DNA of 64,000 bases from an uncultured Actinomycetota bacterium (GCA_963726515.1 CAVSCW010000019.1:20727-84726); one strand, 5' to 3'; positions 31,376 through 41,568 are shown, counted from the first letter of the stretch. The notes: generated by a model from the sequence alone, not told the origin. Made by a program: numbers and translations.

Positions 31376-32893
31376 CTACTTCAGGGTCTGCTTGCCCCCG
31401 TGCATCAGCGTGATGAGCTGGGCCACCTTGCCGTCGGTCGCGGCGTCGCGCGCGAAGGAGGTGAGGTTCATGATCGGCTTGAACCTCTGCCGCGTGATCG
31501 CCTTGGCGTAGGTGAACTCCTTGAGCCCGTCCGGGCCGTGGATGCGGCCGAAGCCCGACTGCCCGACGCCACCGAAGGGCAGACCCGGGACTGCGGCGAA
31601 GGCGATCACGGAGTTGACCGAGGTCATCCCGGAGCGGATGCGGCGGGCGATCGACATGCCGTTGGCCTTGGAGAACACCGCGCCGGCCAGGCCGTAGTCG
31701 GTGGCGTTGGTCAGGCGTACGGCGTCGTCCATGCTCGCCACCGGGTTGATGGCGAGCGTCGGTCCGAAGGTCTCCTCGGTGATCTCCGTGGAGTCCTCGG
31801 GCACATGGGTGAGGATCGTCGGCTGGACGAACCGGTCCCCCACGGCGTCGGCACCTCCGAGCGCGACCCTGGCGCCCTTGGCGATCGCGTCGTCGATGTG
31901 GCTCTTGATGACCGCGAGCTGCGACGGCATCGTGATCGGACCGATCAGGGCCCCGGAGTCGGCTCCGGCGCGTAGCCCCTCGGCCTGGCTGAGGATCTCG
32001 GTCATGAAGGCGTCGAAGACGTTCTCGTGCACGTAGACGCGCTCGGTGCCGATGCAGGTCTGGCCGGCATTGGCCATCCCACCCCACAGCGCGGCCTCGG
32101 CGGCCTTCGACAGGTCGGCGTCCTCGTCGACGATGAGCGAGTCCTTGCCGCCGGCCTCGATGATGACCGGCGTGAGGTTCTCGGCGCAGGCGGCCATGAC
32201 CAGCTTGCCGGTGCGACCGGAACCGGTGAAGGCGAGCTTGTCGACCTTCGCCGTGCACAGCGCGTTGCCCGTCTCGCCGAGGCCCGTCACCACCTGCAGC
32301 ACGTCGCGACCGTGCACGACCTCCCGGAACGAGTCGGCCAGCCACTGCCCGACCCCGGGGGTGTACTCGCTGGGCTTGAAGACCACCGTGTTGCCGGCGG
32401 CCAGGGCATAGGCGATCGATCCCATCGGGGTGAAGACCGGGTAGTTCCACGGGCCGATCACACCGACGACGCCGAGCGGGTGGTACGCCACCGTCGCGGC
32501 CTGGTTGGCCATCAGCAGCCCCGACGAGACCCTGCGGGGGCCGAGCACCTTCCTGGCGTGCCTGGCCGCCCACGCGATGTGGTCGATGGCGAGCACGATC
32601 TCGAGCTGCGCGTCGCCGTGCGGCTTGCCGGTCTCGCGGTGGGCGAGGTCGGCCAGCTGGGGCAGGCGCCGGGTGATGACGCTGCGCCACGTGAGCAGGT
32701 GCTCAGCACGCTCGTCGAAGGTCAGGTTGCTCCACCACCCGGCGGCGTCGCGCGCGCGGGCGACGGCGGCGTCGACCTCGGCCCGGCTCGTGACCGGGTG
32801 CGTGCCGACGACGTCACCGGTGGCCGGGTCGAGCGAGTCGAAGGTCGCGATCGTGTCGGAGGTCGCGTGGGGCTCGAGCGTGGTGGCGGTCAT
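31376..32893 (-). CDS. aldehyde dehydrogenase
   Basis: PWNYP, KPSE, FTGS, EAGGKD, AGQTC, EETFGP, PFGG. Confidence 0.93.
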   Translation of the reverse strand: MTATTLEPHATSDTIATFDSLDPATGDVVGTHPVTSRAEVDAAVARARDAAGWWSNLTFDERAEHLLTWRSVITRRLPQLADLAHRETGKPHGDAQLEIVLAIDHIAWAARHARKVLGPRRVSSGLLMANQAATVAYHPLGVVGVIGPWNYPVFTPMGSIAYALAAGNTVVFKPSEYTPGVGQWLADSFREVVHGRDVLQVVTGLGETGNALCTAKVDKLAFTGSGRTGKLVMAACAENLTPVIIEAGGKDSLIVDEDADLSKAAEAALWGGMANAGQTCIGTERVYVHENVFDAFMTEILSQAEGLRAGADSGALIGPITMPSQLAVIKSHIDDAIAKGARVALGGADAVGDRFVQPTILTHVPEDSTEITEETFGPTLAINPVASMDDAVRLTNATDYGLAGAVFSKANGMSIARRIRSGMTSVNSVIAFAAVPGLPFGGVGQSGFGRIHGPDGLKEFTYAKAITRQRFKPIMNLTSFARDAATDGKVAQLITLMHGGKQTLK

Positions 32894-32955
32894 GCCAGTT
32901 TGCCGGCTTTCTGGGAGTGGAGCGAGCGGTGCGAGCAGGAGGTGGGGGTGCTCAT
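32890..32955 (-). CDS. putative 21-aa translational-coupling mini-ORF (MSTPTSCSHRSLHSQKAGKLA)
   Basis: Start shares ATGA with the GMC stop (32952-32955); stop shares ATGA with the ALDH start (32890-32893). Confidence 0.5.
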   Translation of the reverse strand: MSTPTSCSHRSLHSQKAGKLA

Positions 32956-34535
32956 CGCGACCCCTTGATGAGATCGGCGCACTTCTCGCCGATCATGACG
33001 GTGGGGGCATTGGTGTTGCCGCGCGGGACACGCGGCATCACGGAGGCGTCGGCGACCCGCAGGCCCTCGACGCCGTAGACCCTGAGCTCGGGGTCGACCA
33101 CGCTGCCCTCGACCGTGCCCATCGCGCAGGTCGCGACGGGGTGGTAGAGCGTCTGGCCCAGCCGACCGATGCCCTCGATGATCTCGTCGTCGGTCGGGTC
33201 GGCGGACGCCGGGATCCACGGCTCGTCGATGAACTTCGCGATCGGCCCCTGGCGCAGCACCTCCAGCGCGGTGCGGAACCCACCGATCATCGCCTCGAGA
33301 TCGGCGCGGTCGTCGAAGTAGCCCGGGTCGATCTCGGGGTGCCACGTCGGGTCCGCCGAACGCAGCTTGACGTGCCCGGAGCTCTGCACGTTGACGAGGG
33401 TGATGGCTGTCGTCAGCGCACGGCGTACGGGCTCGTGCATGCCGTTGTCGTAGAAGCCGGTCGGAGCGACGTGCAGCTGGATGTCGGGCAGCTCGAGGTC
33501 GTCGTGGGAGGTGTAGAACGCTCCCGTCTCGCCGACGTTGGAGCTCAGCGGTCCCGTGCCGCGTGCCTTCCACTTCACCAGGTTGCCCAGCCCCAGCATC
33601 TCGGCGACGTCGGTGGTGTCCTTGGTGTAGCTGAGGATGCCGGACGCGGGGTGGTCCTGCAGCTTCTGCCCGACGCCCGACGAGTCGACCGCCACGTCGA
33701 TGCCGACCTCGCGCAGGTGTGCGCCGGGGCCGATGCCCGAGAGCATCAGGAGCTGGGGGCTGTTGATGGCACCGCCGCTGAGCACGACCTCGGCCTCGGC
33801 CCGTGCCACGTGGGCCAGGCCGCCGCGGGTGTAGGCGACACCGACCGCGCGGGTGCCCTCGAGCACGATCCGGGTCACGAAGGCCTCGGTGCGGACCGTC
33901 AGGTTGGGTCGCTTCTCCGCCGGGTGGATGTAGCCGTCGGCGACCGACCAGCGCCGGCCCTTCTTGCAGGTGACCTGGTAGAGGCCGACGCCCTCCTGCT
34001 CGGCGCCGTTGAAGTCGTCGTTTCGCTTGAGCCCCGCCGCCACGCCGGCCTCGATGAACGCGGTGCTGAGCTCGTGGTTGTAGGTCCGGTCCTCGACGTG
34101 GAGCGGGCCGTCGGTCCCGTGGAACCGGCCGCCCAGACGCGTGTTGCCCTCGGACCTGGTGAAGTAGGGCAGGACGTCGTCGAAACCCCATCCCGTGGCG
34201 CCGTAGGCGTCGCGCCACTCGTCGTAGTCGCCGTGGTTGCCGCGGATGTAGATCATCGCGTTCATCGAGGAGCAGCCGCCGAGCGCCTTCATCCGCGGCC
34301 AGTAGGCCCGGCGCCCGGCCAGGTGCTTCTGCGGGGTCGTCTCGTAGTTCCAGTCCCACTTGGTCTTGAACAGCGTCGAGAACGCCAGCGGGATGTGGAT
34401 GTTGTCGTCGTCGTCCGCCGGTCCCGCCTCCAGCAGCAGCACGCTCACCTGCGGGTCCTCGGTCAGTCGGGCGGCGACAACGCCACCCGCACTGCCCGAT
34501 CCGATGACGATGTAGTCGTACTTCTCGTCGGGCAT
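32952..34535 (-). CDS. GMC oxidoreductase (choline dehydrogenase-like)
   Basis: IGSGSAG, LLEAG, GGCSSMN, QDHP, YHPVAT, LRVADAS, GNTNAP. Confidence 0.92.
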   Translation of the reverse strand: MPDEKYDYIVIGSGSAGGVVAARLTEDPQVSVLLLEAGPADDDDNIHIPLAFSTLFKTKWDWNYETTPQKHLAGRRAYWPRMKALGGCSSMNAMIYIRGNHGDYDEWRDAYGATGWGFDDVLPYFTRSEGNTRLGGRFHGTDGPLHVEDRTYNHELSTAFIEAGVAAGLKRNDDFNGAEQEGVGLYQVTCKKGRRWSVADGYIHPAEKRPNLTVRTEAFVTRIVLEGTRAVGVAYTRGGLAHVARAEAEVVLSGGAINSPQLLMLSGIGPGAHLREVGIDVAVDSSGVGQKLQDHPASGILSYTKDTTDVAEMLGLGNLVKWKARGTGPLSSNVGETGAFYTSHDDLELPDIQLHVAPTGFYDNGMHEPVRRALTTAITLVNVQSSGHVKLRSADPTWHPEIDPGYFDDRADLEAMIGGFRTALEVLRQGPIAKFIDEPWIPASADPTDDEIIEGIGRLGQTLYHPVATCAMGTVEGSVVDPELRVYGVEGLRVADASVMPRVPRGNTNAPTVMIGEKCADLIKGSR

Positions 34536-34788
34536 GGGCTCCCTATCGGCGGCACGGTGACACGGGCCACAAACCTACGGGGGCCCTGACCGCGACACAA
34601 CCACTGTCAGGGTCGGCGCAGACGAGACGGTCGACGTGACAGGTCCCCGAGGAGCGTGGAGCTCTGGTGTCGCATGCCGGCACCAAGAGTCCACGATGTT
34701 CGCGGCCCAGGATCCGGCCGTCGGTCCGACGGGTGCGACACGGTCATCGACCTGCCTCACTCACCGTCGACCACCACCACCTCGGCCA

Positions 34789-36861
34789 TCAGGCGTCCAG
34801 CGTCTCCACGTCGACCTCATAGGCCCCCTGCACGATGAACTCCTTGCGCGGCGCGACGTCGGAGCCCATCAGCAGCTCGAAGACGCGGGTCGCCTCGTCG
34901 ACGTCGTCGATCGTGAGCTTGCGCAGGGTCCGGTGGCGCGGGTCCATCGTGGTCTCGGCCAGCTGGTCGGCGTCCATCTCACCGAGGCCCTTGTAGCGCT
35001 GGACCGGCTCCTTCCAGCGCACGTTCTTGCGCTTGAGGTCGGCCAGCTGACGCTGGAGCTCGGCGTCGGAGTAGGTGTAGACGTACTTGTCCATCCCCTT
35101 CTTGGGGTTGGACAGCTCGATGCGGTGCAACGGCGGCACCGCCGAGTAGAGCCGGCCGTCGCGCACCAGCTCGGGCATGTACTTGAAGAACAGGGTCGCC
35201 AGCAGGCACCGGATGTGGGAGCCGTCGGAGTCGGCGTCGGCCATCAGGATGATCCGGCCGTAGCGGGCCGCCTCGAGGTCGAAGGTCCGGCCGGACCCGG
35301 CGCCGACGACCTGGATGATCGAGGCGCACTCGGTGTTCTTGAGCATGTCGCCCACCGAGGCCTTCTGGACGTTGAGGATCTTGCCGCGGATCGGCAGCAG
35401 CGCCTGGAACTCGCTGCTCCGGGCCGCCTTGGCGGTGCCCATGGCCGAGTCGCCCTCGACGATGAAGAGCTCGGTGCGCTCGGTGTCGCTGCTGCGGCAG
35501 TCGAAGAGCTTGGCCGGCAGGGCCGAGGACTCGAGCGCGTTCTTGCGGCGCTGGTTCTCCTTGTGCTGCCGGGCCGCGAGCCTGGTCTTGGAGGCCCCGG
35601 CGACCTTCTCCATGACCAGCTTGGCCTGGGCCTTCTCCGCGCGCCTGGTCGAGGTGAGGAATGCCTTCAGCTCCCCGGCCACCACCTTGCGGACGACGCC
35701 TCGTGCGGCCGGCGTGCCGAGGATCTCCTTGGTCTGGCCCTCGAACTGCGGCTCGGCCAGACGCACGGTCACGACCGCGGTCAGTCCCTCGAGCACGTCG
35801 TCCTTGATGACGTCGGTGTCAGCGGCCTTGAGGACCTTCGCACCCCGCATCGCGTCGTTGAAGGTCTTGGTCAGCGCGCTGTCGAAGCCGCTGACGTGCG
35901 TGCCGCCCTTGGGCGTGGCGATCACGTTGACGAAGGACCGCACCTCGGTGTCGTAGGCGGTGTCCCACCGGACCGCGACGTCGACGGTGAGCTCGCGCTC
36001 CACCTCCTGGGGCGTCATGTGCCCCTTGTCGTCGAGCAGCGGGACGGTCTCGGTGAAGGTGTCCATCCCCTGCAGGCGCAGGATGTCGGTGACCGGCTCG
36101 CCGTGGGAGAGGAACTCGACGAACTCCGCGATGCCGCCGTCGTGGCGGAACTTCTCCTCGACCATCTCGGCGGTGCGCCGGTCGCGGATCACCAGCTCCA
36201 GCCCCGGCACGATGTACGACGTCTGGCGGGCGCGACCGACGAGGCCCTCCATCTCGAAGCGGGCGTCCTTGGTGAAGACCTGGCGGTCCGGCCAGAACCT
36301 GACCCGGGTGCCGGTCCTGCCCTTGGCGACGCGCTTGCCCTTGCGGGTGAGGCCGGAGGCGGGCGTGAACGACGCATCGGGGCCGTCGCCGTCGAAGACG
36401 CCCGGGACGCCGCGCTGGAAAGAGAGCCCCTGCTGGGTCGGCGAGCGGTCGACGTCGATGTCCATCCGCGACGAGAGCGCGTTCACCACCGACAGGCCGA
36501 CGCCGTGCAGGCCGCCGGTCGCGACGTAGGACCCGCCGCCGAACTTGCCGCCGGCATGGAGCTTGGTGGCCACCACCTCGACTCCCGACAGCCCGGTCTT
36601 GGGCTCCTTGTCGGTCGGGATGCCGCGCCCGTCGTCGAACACCTCGACCGAGCCGTCCTCGTGCAGCGTCACCTCGACGCGGTGCGCGACGCCGGCCAGG
36701 GCCTCGTCCACACCGTTGTCGATGATCTCCCACAGGCAGTGCATCAAGCCGCGCGTGTCGGTCGAGCCGATGTACATGCCCGGCCGTTTGCGCACGGCGT
36801 CGAGACCCTCGAGGACCAGGAGGTGCGCTGCGTTGTAGGTGTTGTCCGCCGGTGCTGCCAC
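34789..36861 (-). CDS. parE: DNA topoisomerase IV subunit B (GyrB-like)
   Basis: VRKRPGMYIG, EIIDNGVDE, LHAGGKF, GLHGVG, VEGDSA, DADSDG, RYKGLGEM. Confidence 0.9.
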   Translation of the reverse strand: MAAPADNTYNAAHLLVLEGLDAVRKRPGMYIGSTDTRGLMHCLWEIIDNGVDEALAGVAHRVEVTLHEDGSVEVFDDGRGIPTDKEPKTGLSGVEVVATKLHAGGKFGGGSYVATGGLHGVGLSVVNALSSRMDIDVDRSPTQQGLSFQRGVPGVFDGDGPDASFTPASGLTRKGKRVAKGRTGTRVRFWPDRQVFTKDARFEMEGLVGRARQTSYIVPGLELVIRDRRTAEMVEEKFRHDGGIAEFVEFLSHGEPVTDILRLQGMDTFTETVPLLDDKGHMTPQEVERELTVDVAVRWDTAYDTEVRSFVNVIATPKGGTHVSGFDSALTKTFNDAMRGAKVLKAADTDVIKDDVLEGLTAVVTVRLAEPQFEGQTKEILGTPAARGVVRKVVAGELKAFLTSTRRAEKAQAKLVMEKVAGASKTRLAARQHKENQRRKNALESSALPAKLFDCRSSDTERTELFIVEGDSAMGTAKAARSSEFQALLPIRGKILNVQKASVGDMLKNTECASIIQVVGAGSGRTFDLEAARYGRIILMADADSDGSHIRCLLATLFFKYMPELVRDGRLYSAVPPLHRIELSNPKKGMDKYVYTYSDAELQRQLADLKRKNVRWKEPVQRYKGLGEMDADQLAETTMDPRHRTLRKLTIDDVDEATRVFELLMGSDVAPRKEFIVQGAYEVDVETLDA

Positions 36862-36975
36862 GAGGCACAAACCTACCTGCGACACGCCGTACGGCGATGC
36901 AGGCACGCCTGCCGTGGCGGCCGGGCGCTCGGGTCTAGCGTGGGGCCACGTCGCAGGTCTCACTTCGGCAACGGC

Positions 36976-36984
36976 TTGTCCACA
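36976..36984 (+). promoter_or_regulatory. possible DnaA box TTGTCCACA
   Basis: Exact match to the Streptomyces-type DnaA box in the divergent region upstream of parE; a single 9-mer is weak evidence. Confidence 0.35.
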
Positions 36985-37119
36985 GATGCGGACAACGCCC
37001 GCGGCGGGCGAAGTGGCGTGATTCACTGAAAGCGTTCGTGAGTGAGAAGGGCCAGCGGGAATCTTTGTCCCACTGGCTACGTTGGGCCCACACACCGATG
37101 AACAAGAAATGAGGCTGAC

Positions 37120-37353
37120 GTGACCACTGCCACCGCACCCACCCAGGCCGTACTGACGGCCATGGACCGCTGCGACCGCTGCGGCGCACAGGCCTACCTC
37201 CGCGTGGAGCTCCAGACCGGCGGTGAGCTGCTCTTCTGCGCCCACCACGCCCGCGAGCACGGCGAGAAGCTCCGCGAGATCGCCGCTGCCGTCCACGACG
37301 AGACGCACAAGCTGGAGACCCCGGCCGCTCCGGCCGCCGACAGCGAGGCCTGA
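37120..37353 (+). CDS. small conserved actinobacterial Zn-ribbon-like protein (DUF7455-like)
   Basis: DRCDRCGAQAY...LLFCAHH...HDET; GAGG RBS; followed by hairpin. Confidence 0.82.
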   Translation: MTTATAPTQAVLTAMDRCDRCGAQAYLRVELQTGGELLFCAHHAREHGEKLREIAAAVHDETHKLETPAAPAADSEA

Positions 37354-37380
37354 GCAGACCGCCCGACCCACACCGACTTC

Positions 37381-37415
37381 CACCACGGCCCCGGACGACG
37401 TCCGGGGCCGTGGTG
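37381..37415 (+). terminator. hairpin terminator
   Basis: CACCACGGCCCCGGAC-GAC-GTCCGGGGCCGTGGTG perfect 16-bp stem. Confidence 0.78.
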
Positions 37416-37449
37416 CGTCCCGGTGCCGTCCTCTGGGAGGCTACGCCCC

Positions 37450-37926
37450 GTGAGCGCCACCGAGATCCTGATCGCCGTCGTGATCGCCGTCGGCATCGCC
37501 GGGATCATCGTCCCCGTGCTGCCCGGCACCATCCTGGTCCTCGGCGCGATCCTGGTCTGGGCCCTCGAGATCGCGACCTCGACCGGCTGGGTGGTGTTCT
37601 CGCTCTGCGCGACGCTGTTGGTCGCCGGTTCGGTGGTGAAGTACCTCGTGCCCGGTCGACGGCTGAAGGCCTCGGGCGTCCCCTCCCGCACGCTGCTGGT
37701 CGGCGCGCTGCTGGCCTTCGTCGGCTTCTTCGTGGTCCCGGTCGTCGGGATGTTCCTCGGCTTCGTGCTGGGCGTCTACGTCGCCGAGCGGGCGCGCGTC
37801 GGCGCAGGCGCTGCCTGGCCGTCCACGGTCCACGCGTTGAAGGCCGTCGGGGTCTCGATCCTGATCGAGCTGGTGGCGGCCTTCCTGGCCGCGGTGACCT
37901 GGGCGGTCGGCGTGGCGATCACCTGA
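37450..37926 (+). CDS. DUF456-like membrane protein
   Basis: GIIVPVLPG, FFVVPVVG, GVYVAER. Confidence 0.82.
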   Translation: MSATEILIAVVIAVGIAGIIVPVLPGTILVLGAILVWALEIATSTGWVVFSLCATLLVAGSVVKYLVPGRRLKASGVPSRTLLVGALLAFVGFFVVPVVGMFLGFVLGVYVAERARVGAGAAWPSTVHALKAVGVSILIELVAAFLAAVTWAVGVAIT

Positions 37927-38753
37927 TGGCCGTCCTGCTCTCCCTCGCCGCCGCGCTCGCCTACGGGCTCTCCGACTTCGTCGGCGGCGTCGTGTCCCGT
38001 CGTACGTCGGCGTGGCCGGTCGCCTTCGTCGGCACGCTGGCAGCGTTTGCCGGCGCTCTCGTGCTCGCCCTCCTCACGCACGGGGAGCCCACCCGCTCCG
38101 ACCTCGCGTGGGGCGCCCTTGCGGGAGTCGGCAGCGGCGCGGGCACGGCCTTCCTCTACCGCGGCCTCGCGGCCGGGCGGATGGGAGTGGTCGCGCCGAT
38201 CTCGGCGGTCGGCGCCGCCCTCCTGCCCGTGGGCGTCGGCGTGGCGACGGGCGAGCGCCCGGCGCTCCTGGTCTGGCTCGGCATCGCCGCGGCCGTGCCG
38301 GGCATCTGGCTCGTCAGCCGTGAGCCCGGTGGGTCGGGCGACCTGGCTGCGGGCATTCTCGACGGCGTGCTCGCCGGGCTCGGCTTCGGCGTCCTGTTCG
38401 CGGCGATGGGCCAGGTCCCCGAGGCGGCCGGGTTCGCGCCGCTCGCGGTGGCCCAGGCTGCGGCAGCGGTGTGCGTCGCCGTCACCGCCGCGGCCCTGGG
38501 CGGCCGCTGGGTGCCGTACGACCGGTCGCAGGCGTGGGGCATCGTCGCGGGCCTGCTGGCGACGGCCGCCGTTCTCGCGTTCCTGCTCGCCACCCAGACC
38601 GGACTGCTCACCGTCGCCTCGGTGGTGACCTCGCTCTACCCGGCGATCACGATCGCCCTGGCCGCAGCCGTGCTGCGCGAGCGCATCCACGCCCCGCAGG
38701 CCGTGGGGCTGCTGCTGTGCGCGATCGCCGTCGGTCTGGTCGCCGCGGCCTGA
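37926..38753 (+). CDS. EamA/DMT-family transporter
   Basis: YGLSDFVGG, GRMGVVAP, SLYP, LRER; ~10 TM helices. Confidence 0.85.
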   Translation: MAVLLSLAAALAYGLSDFVGGVVSRRTSAWPVAFVGTLAAFAGALVLALLTHGEPTRSDLAWGALAGVGSGAGTAFLYRGLAAGRMGVVAPISAVGAALLPVGVGVATGERPALLVWLGIAAAVPGIWLVSREPGGSGDLAAGILDGVLAGLGFGVLFAAMGQVPEAAGFAPLAVAQAAAAVCVAVTAAALGGRWVPYDRSQAWGIVAGLLATAAVLAFLLATQTGLLTVASVVTSLYPAITIALAAAVLRERIHAPQAVGLLLCAIAVGLVAAA

Positions 38754-38783
38754 CCCCGCCCGCCCCGCGGGGCGTCGGTCGCC

Positions 38784-39326
38784 TCAGGATCCGGGGTTCG
38801 CGGCGATGGCCAGGCTCCAGCGCCGCCGCGTGGGCGCCCAGTCGACGACGGGGCGCGAACCGTCCGCCTGGTCGACCATCTTCACCGACACCCGGACCCT
38901 GGCGGCCCGGTCGAAGCAGTCGCGACTGATCACGGCGCGGAACACGTCCTTGCCCCACCTCGGCCGAGCCGCGTAGTCGCACCTGATCCGGTCGTCGCTG
39001 CCCCGCCACCGGTCGGCCGCGGTGAGGACATAGTCGGTGCCGTCGCCCAGACCGCTGCTGAGGACGTACTCGGGGCCCTTGGCGCGGCGGTCGGTGTCGA
39101 TGAAGATCGACACCCCAGCCGCGCTGGAGCGCATCAGCTCGTTGAACCGCACCTTCACCAGGAGGTTCTCGCGCCCGTGCTGTGCGTAGAGGCCGTACAC
39201 GTCGCTGATCGAGGCAGCGGCGTCAGCCGGGTCATCGATCTCGTAGAACTCCGCGTGGGCGGGAACGACGGCGAGGCCGGCGAGGGCGAGGGCAACACCT
39301 GTGGTCAGAGCTATCCGAGTTCTCAT
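38784..39326 (-). CDS. secreted hypothetical protein
   Basis: Signal peptide ending PAHA; DPAD, IDTD, Cys pair, DWAP near the C-terminus. Confidence 0.7.
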   Translation of the reverse strand: MRTRIALTTGVALALAGLAVVPAHAEFYEIDDPADAAASISDVYGLYAQHGRENLLVKVRFNELMRSSAAGVSIFIDTDRRAKGPEYVLSSGLGDGTDYVLTAADRWRGSDDRIRCDYAARPRWGKDVFRAVISRDCFDRAARVRVSVKMVDQADGSRPVVDWAPTRRRWSLAIAANPGS

Positions 39327-39407
39327 GCCCCAGTGTGGCACCGCGCACCCCCTCCCCGTCCACCCGCGTCCGGGGGCTCATGGGCCGTCCGGTGGCACGA
39401 TGACCCC

Positions 39408-40541
39408 ATGGCAGCCGGGGCGAGTGGCGTACGTCGTGCACCCGCGGCCGTGACCGCCCTCGCGCTGCTGGTGGGAGCCGGGTGCAGCGCCAGCACGAGC
39501 CCGCACACGCCGCCGAGGATCACCGCGACCGGGCTCCCGACCGCCGGCGCTCCTTCCGCGGCGCCGACACGTCGGCCCCGTCCCCGGCCCATCCGGATCG
39601 CCTTCGCCGGGGACATCCACTTCGAGGGTGTCCTCGCCGACCGGCTGCGCGACCCGGCGACCGCCCTGGCGCCTGCCTCGACCGCGCTCGAGGCCGCCGA
39701 CCTGGCCATCGTCAACCTGGAGACCTCGGTGGGGGTCGGCGGCCGCCCCGAGCCGGGCAAGCGCTTCACCTTCTCCGCCGGCTCCTCGGCGTTCGCGGCC
39801 CTCGCCGCGGCGGGGATCGACGTCGTGAGCATGGCGAACAACCACGCCCTCGACTTCGGTCGGACCCGGCTCGCGAGCACGTTGCGGGCCGCCCGGTCGG
39901 CGGCCGCCGCCGAACCGCCACTCTCGGTGGTCGGGATCGGTCGCGACGCCGACCACGCGTTCGGTCCCGCCCTCTCGGAGGTCGAGGGCACGGTCGTCGC
40001 CACCCTCGCGGCCTCGGTCGCCGACCAGGACCCGACCGCAGACCGCACCGGTCAGTGGGCCGCGACCGCTGATCGGGGCGGTGTCGCCGACGCGATCGAC
40101 CCGGCCAGGCTCCTGGACGGCGTACGTCGGGCCGACGAGCGGGCGGACGTGGTGGTCGCCTACCTCCACTGGGGAGTGCAGGGCGAGCGGTGCCCGAGCC
40201 GGGACCAGCAGGCCCTGGCCGGCCGGCTGGTCGACGCAGGCGCGGACGTCGTCGTCGGCACGCACGCCCACCAGCTCCAGGGTGACGGCCGCCTGGGGCG
40301 CGGCTACGTGGCCTACGGCCTCGGCAACTTCGCGTGGTACTCCCCCGGCCGCACCGGTGTGCTGACCCTCACCGTGCAGCCGTCGCGCGAGCGTTCCGGC
40401 CGGGCGAGCGTCGTGCATTCGACCTGGTGGCCCGCGTCGATCGGGGTCGACGGCCTTGCCGCCCGGGTCCGCGGCACCGAGGCGGCGGACTTCGCCGCCG
40501 ACCGACACTCCCTGCGCGCCTGTGCCGGCCTCAGCCGCTGA
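39408..40541 (+). CDS. CapA-family metallophosphoesterase lipoprotein
   Basis: GAGC lipobox, FAGD, NLET, MANNHALDFG, HWG, GTHAH, YGLGNF. Confidence 0.88.
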   Translation: MAAGASGVRRAPAAVTALALLVGAGCSASTSPHTPPRITATGLPTAGAPSAAPTRRPRPRPIRIAFAGDIHFEGVLADRLRDPATALAPASTALEAADLAIVNLETSVGVGGRPEPGKRFTFSAGSSAFAALAAAGIDVVSMANNHALDFGRTRLASTLRAARSAAAAEPPLSVVGIGRDADHAFGPALSEVEGTVVATLAASVADQDPTADRTGQWAATADRGGVADAIDPARLLDGVRRADERADVVVAYLHWGVQGERCPSRDQQALAGRLVDAGADVVVGTHAHQLQGDGRLGRGYVAYGLGNFAWYSPGRTGVLTLTVQPSRERSGRASVVHSTWWPASIGVDGLAARVRGTEAADFAADRHSLRACAGLSR

Positions 40542-40550
40542 GCCCTCGCC

Positions 40551-41552
40551 CTATCGGGGCGCCAGCCACGCGAGCACCAGCCGCCCGACGCGCTCGAGCT
40601 GGGCGGGCGAGACGACCGCCACCACGTCGTCGGGCGAGTGGTAGCCGGCGTACGGCGTCGACCCCAGGCGGGCTGCGGGAAGGCCGGCGCGGACGAACGA
40701 CCAGTGGTCGCTGCTGCGCTGCTCCCCCTCGGCCACCGCGGCGACCTCGGCCCGTCGCGCCGCCGCGAGCAGGCTGCGCTGCACCGGGTCCGACGCCGAC
40801 GCCGAGCCGACCGGCACGACGGTCCCCACCCCGACGCGGTCGAGCGACACCATGCCGCGCATCGCACCACGCTCGGCCGGCCCCAGCTGGGCGACGTAGC
40901 GCCGCGACCCGTAGTGGTGGTCGTCATCGGTGGGCCCGCGCGGCTCCTCGGCCCCGAAGGCGACGAGGACGACCGGCAGGCGCGTACGCCGCCCAGCGAC
41001 CGCAGCTGCCACGGCGAGCACCACCCCGACGCCTGAGGCGTTGTCCTCGGCACCGGGCGCCTGCGGGACCGTGTCGAGGTGGGCCCCGACCACGACGTGC
41101 GGCGCGTCCGGGTCGAAGCCGGGCGGCGTGGCCACCACGTTGACCGATCGGCCCGCCGGGACACGGACGCCCCACGACTCCCCGGCGGGTACGTCGATGC
41201 GCTGGCGTGCGACGTCGTACCCGAGCCGACCGAAGGAGCGGGCCACCCAGTCCGCGGCCCGGGCGTAGCCGGGACCGGTGGCCTCGCGCGGGCCGATCGT
41301 CGTGGCCAGGTGCCGCACCGTGCGGACCGCGATCGCGGGATCGAGGTCGCCAGCGCCCACGGGCGGGGCCTCGATCGGGGCCTCCACCGGGGCCGGCGCC
41401 ACGGGATCCGATTCCTCGGGTGCCGGCTCGCGCTGCGCGGACCCGGGTGGTGACTCAGGCACCGTGGGGCTCGTCCGGCCCCTGTCCGGCGAGCACCCTG
41501 AAATGACGATCAGCGCCGCCGTGAGGGCGACGCTGCTCGTGAGACGGTGCAT
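40551..41552 (-). CDS. M28-family peptidase lipoprotein
   Basis: ISGC lipobox, GAHLDT, GAEDNASG, GAEE, SDHWSF, YHSPDD. Confidence 0.88.
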   Translation of the reverse strand: MHRLTSSVALTAALIVISGCSPDRGRTSPTVPESPPGSAQREPAPEESDPVAPAPVEAPIEAPPVGAGDLDPAIAVRTVRHLATTIGPREATGPGYARAADWVARSFGRLGYDVARQRIDVPAGESWGVRVPAGRSVNVVATPPGFDPDAPHVVVGAHLDTVPQAPGAEDNASGVGVVLAVAAAVAGRRTRLPVVLVAFGAEEPRGPTDDDHHYGSRRYVAQLGPAERGAMRGMVSLDRVGVGTVVPVGSASASDPVQRSLLAAARRAEVAAVAEGEQRSSDHWSFVRAGLPAARLGSTPYAGYHSPDDVVAVVSPAQLERVGRLVLAWLAPR

Positions 41553-41568
41553 GCCCTTCGGCTGCCGG

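Noticed and set aside
34655-34695. Imperfect inverted repeat between parE and the GMC gene
   Set aside because: Single imperfect hairpin, plausibly the parE terminator; no further structure to support a claim.
25610-36861. gyrA/gyrB assignment
   Set aside because: The genes are separated, convergent, near sigA and away from dnaA/recF, which fits actinobacterial topoisomerase IV.
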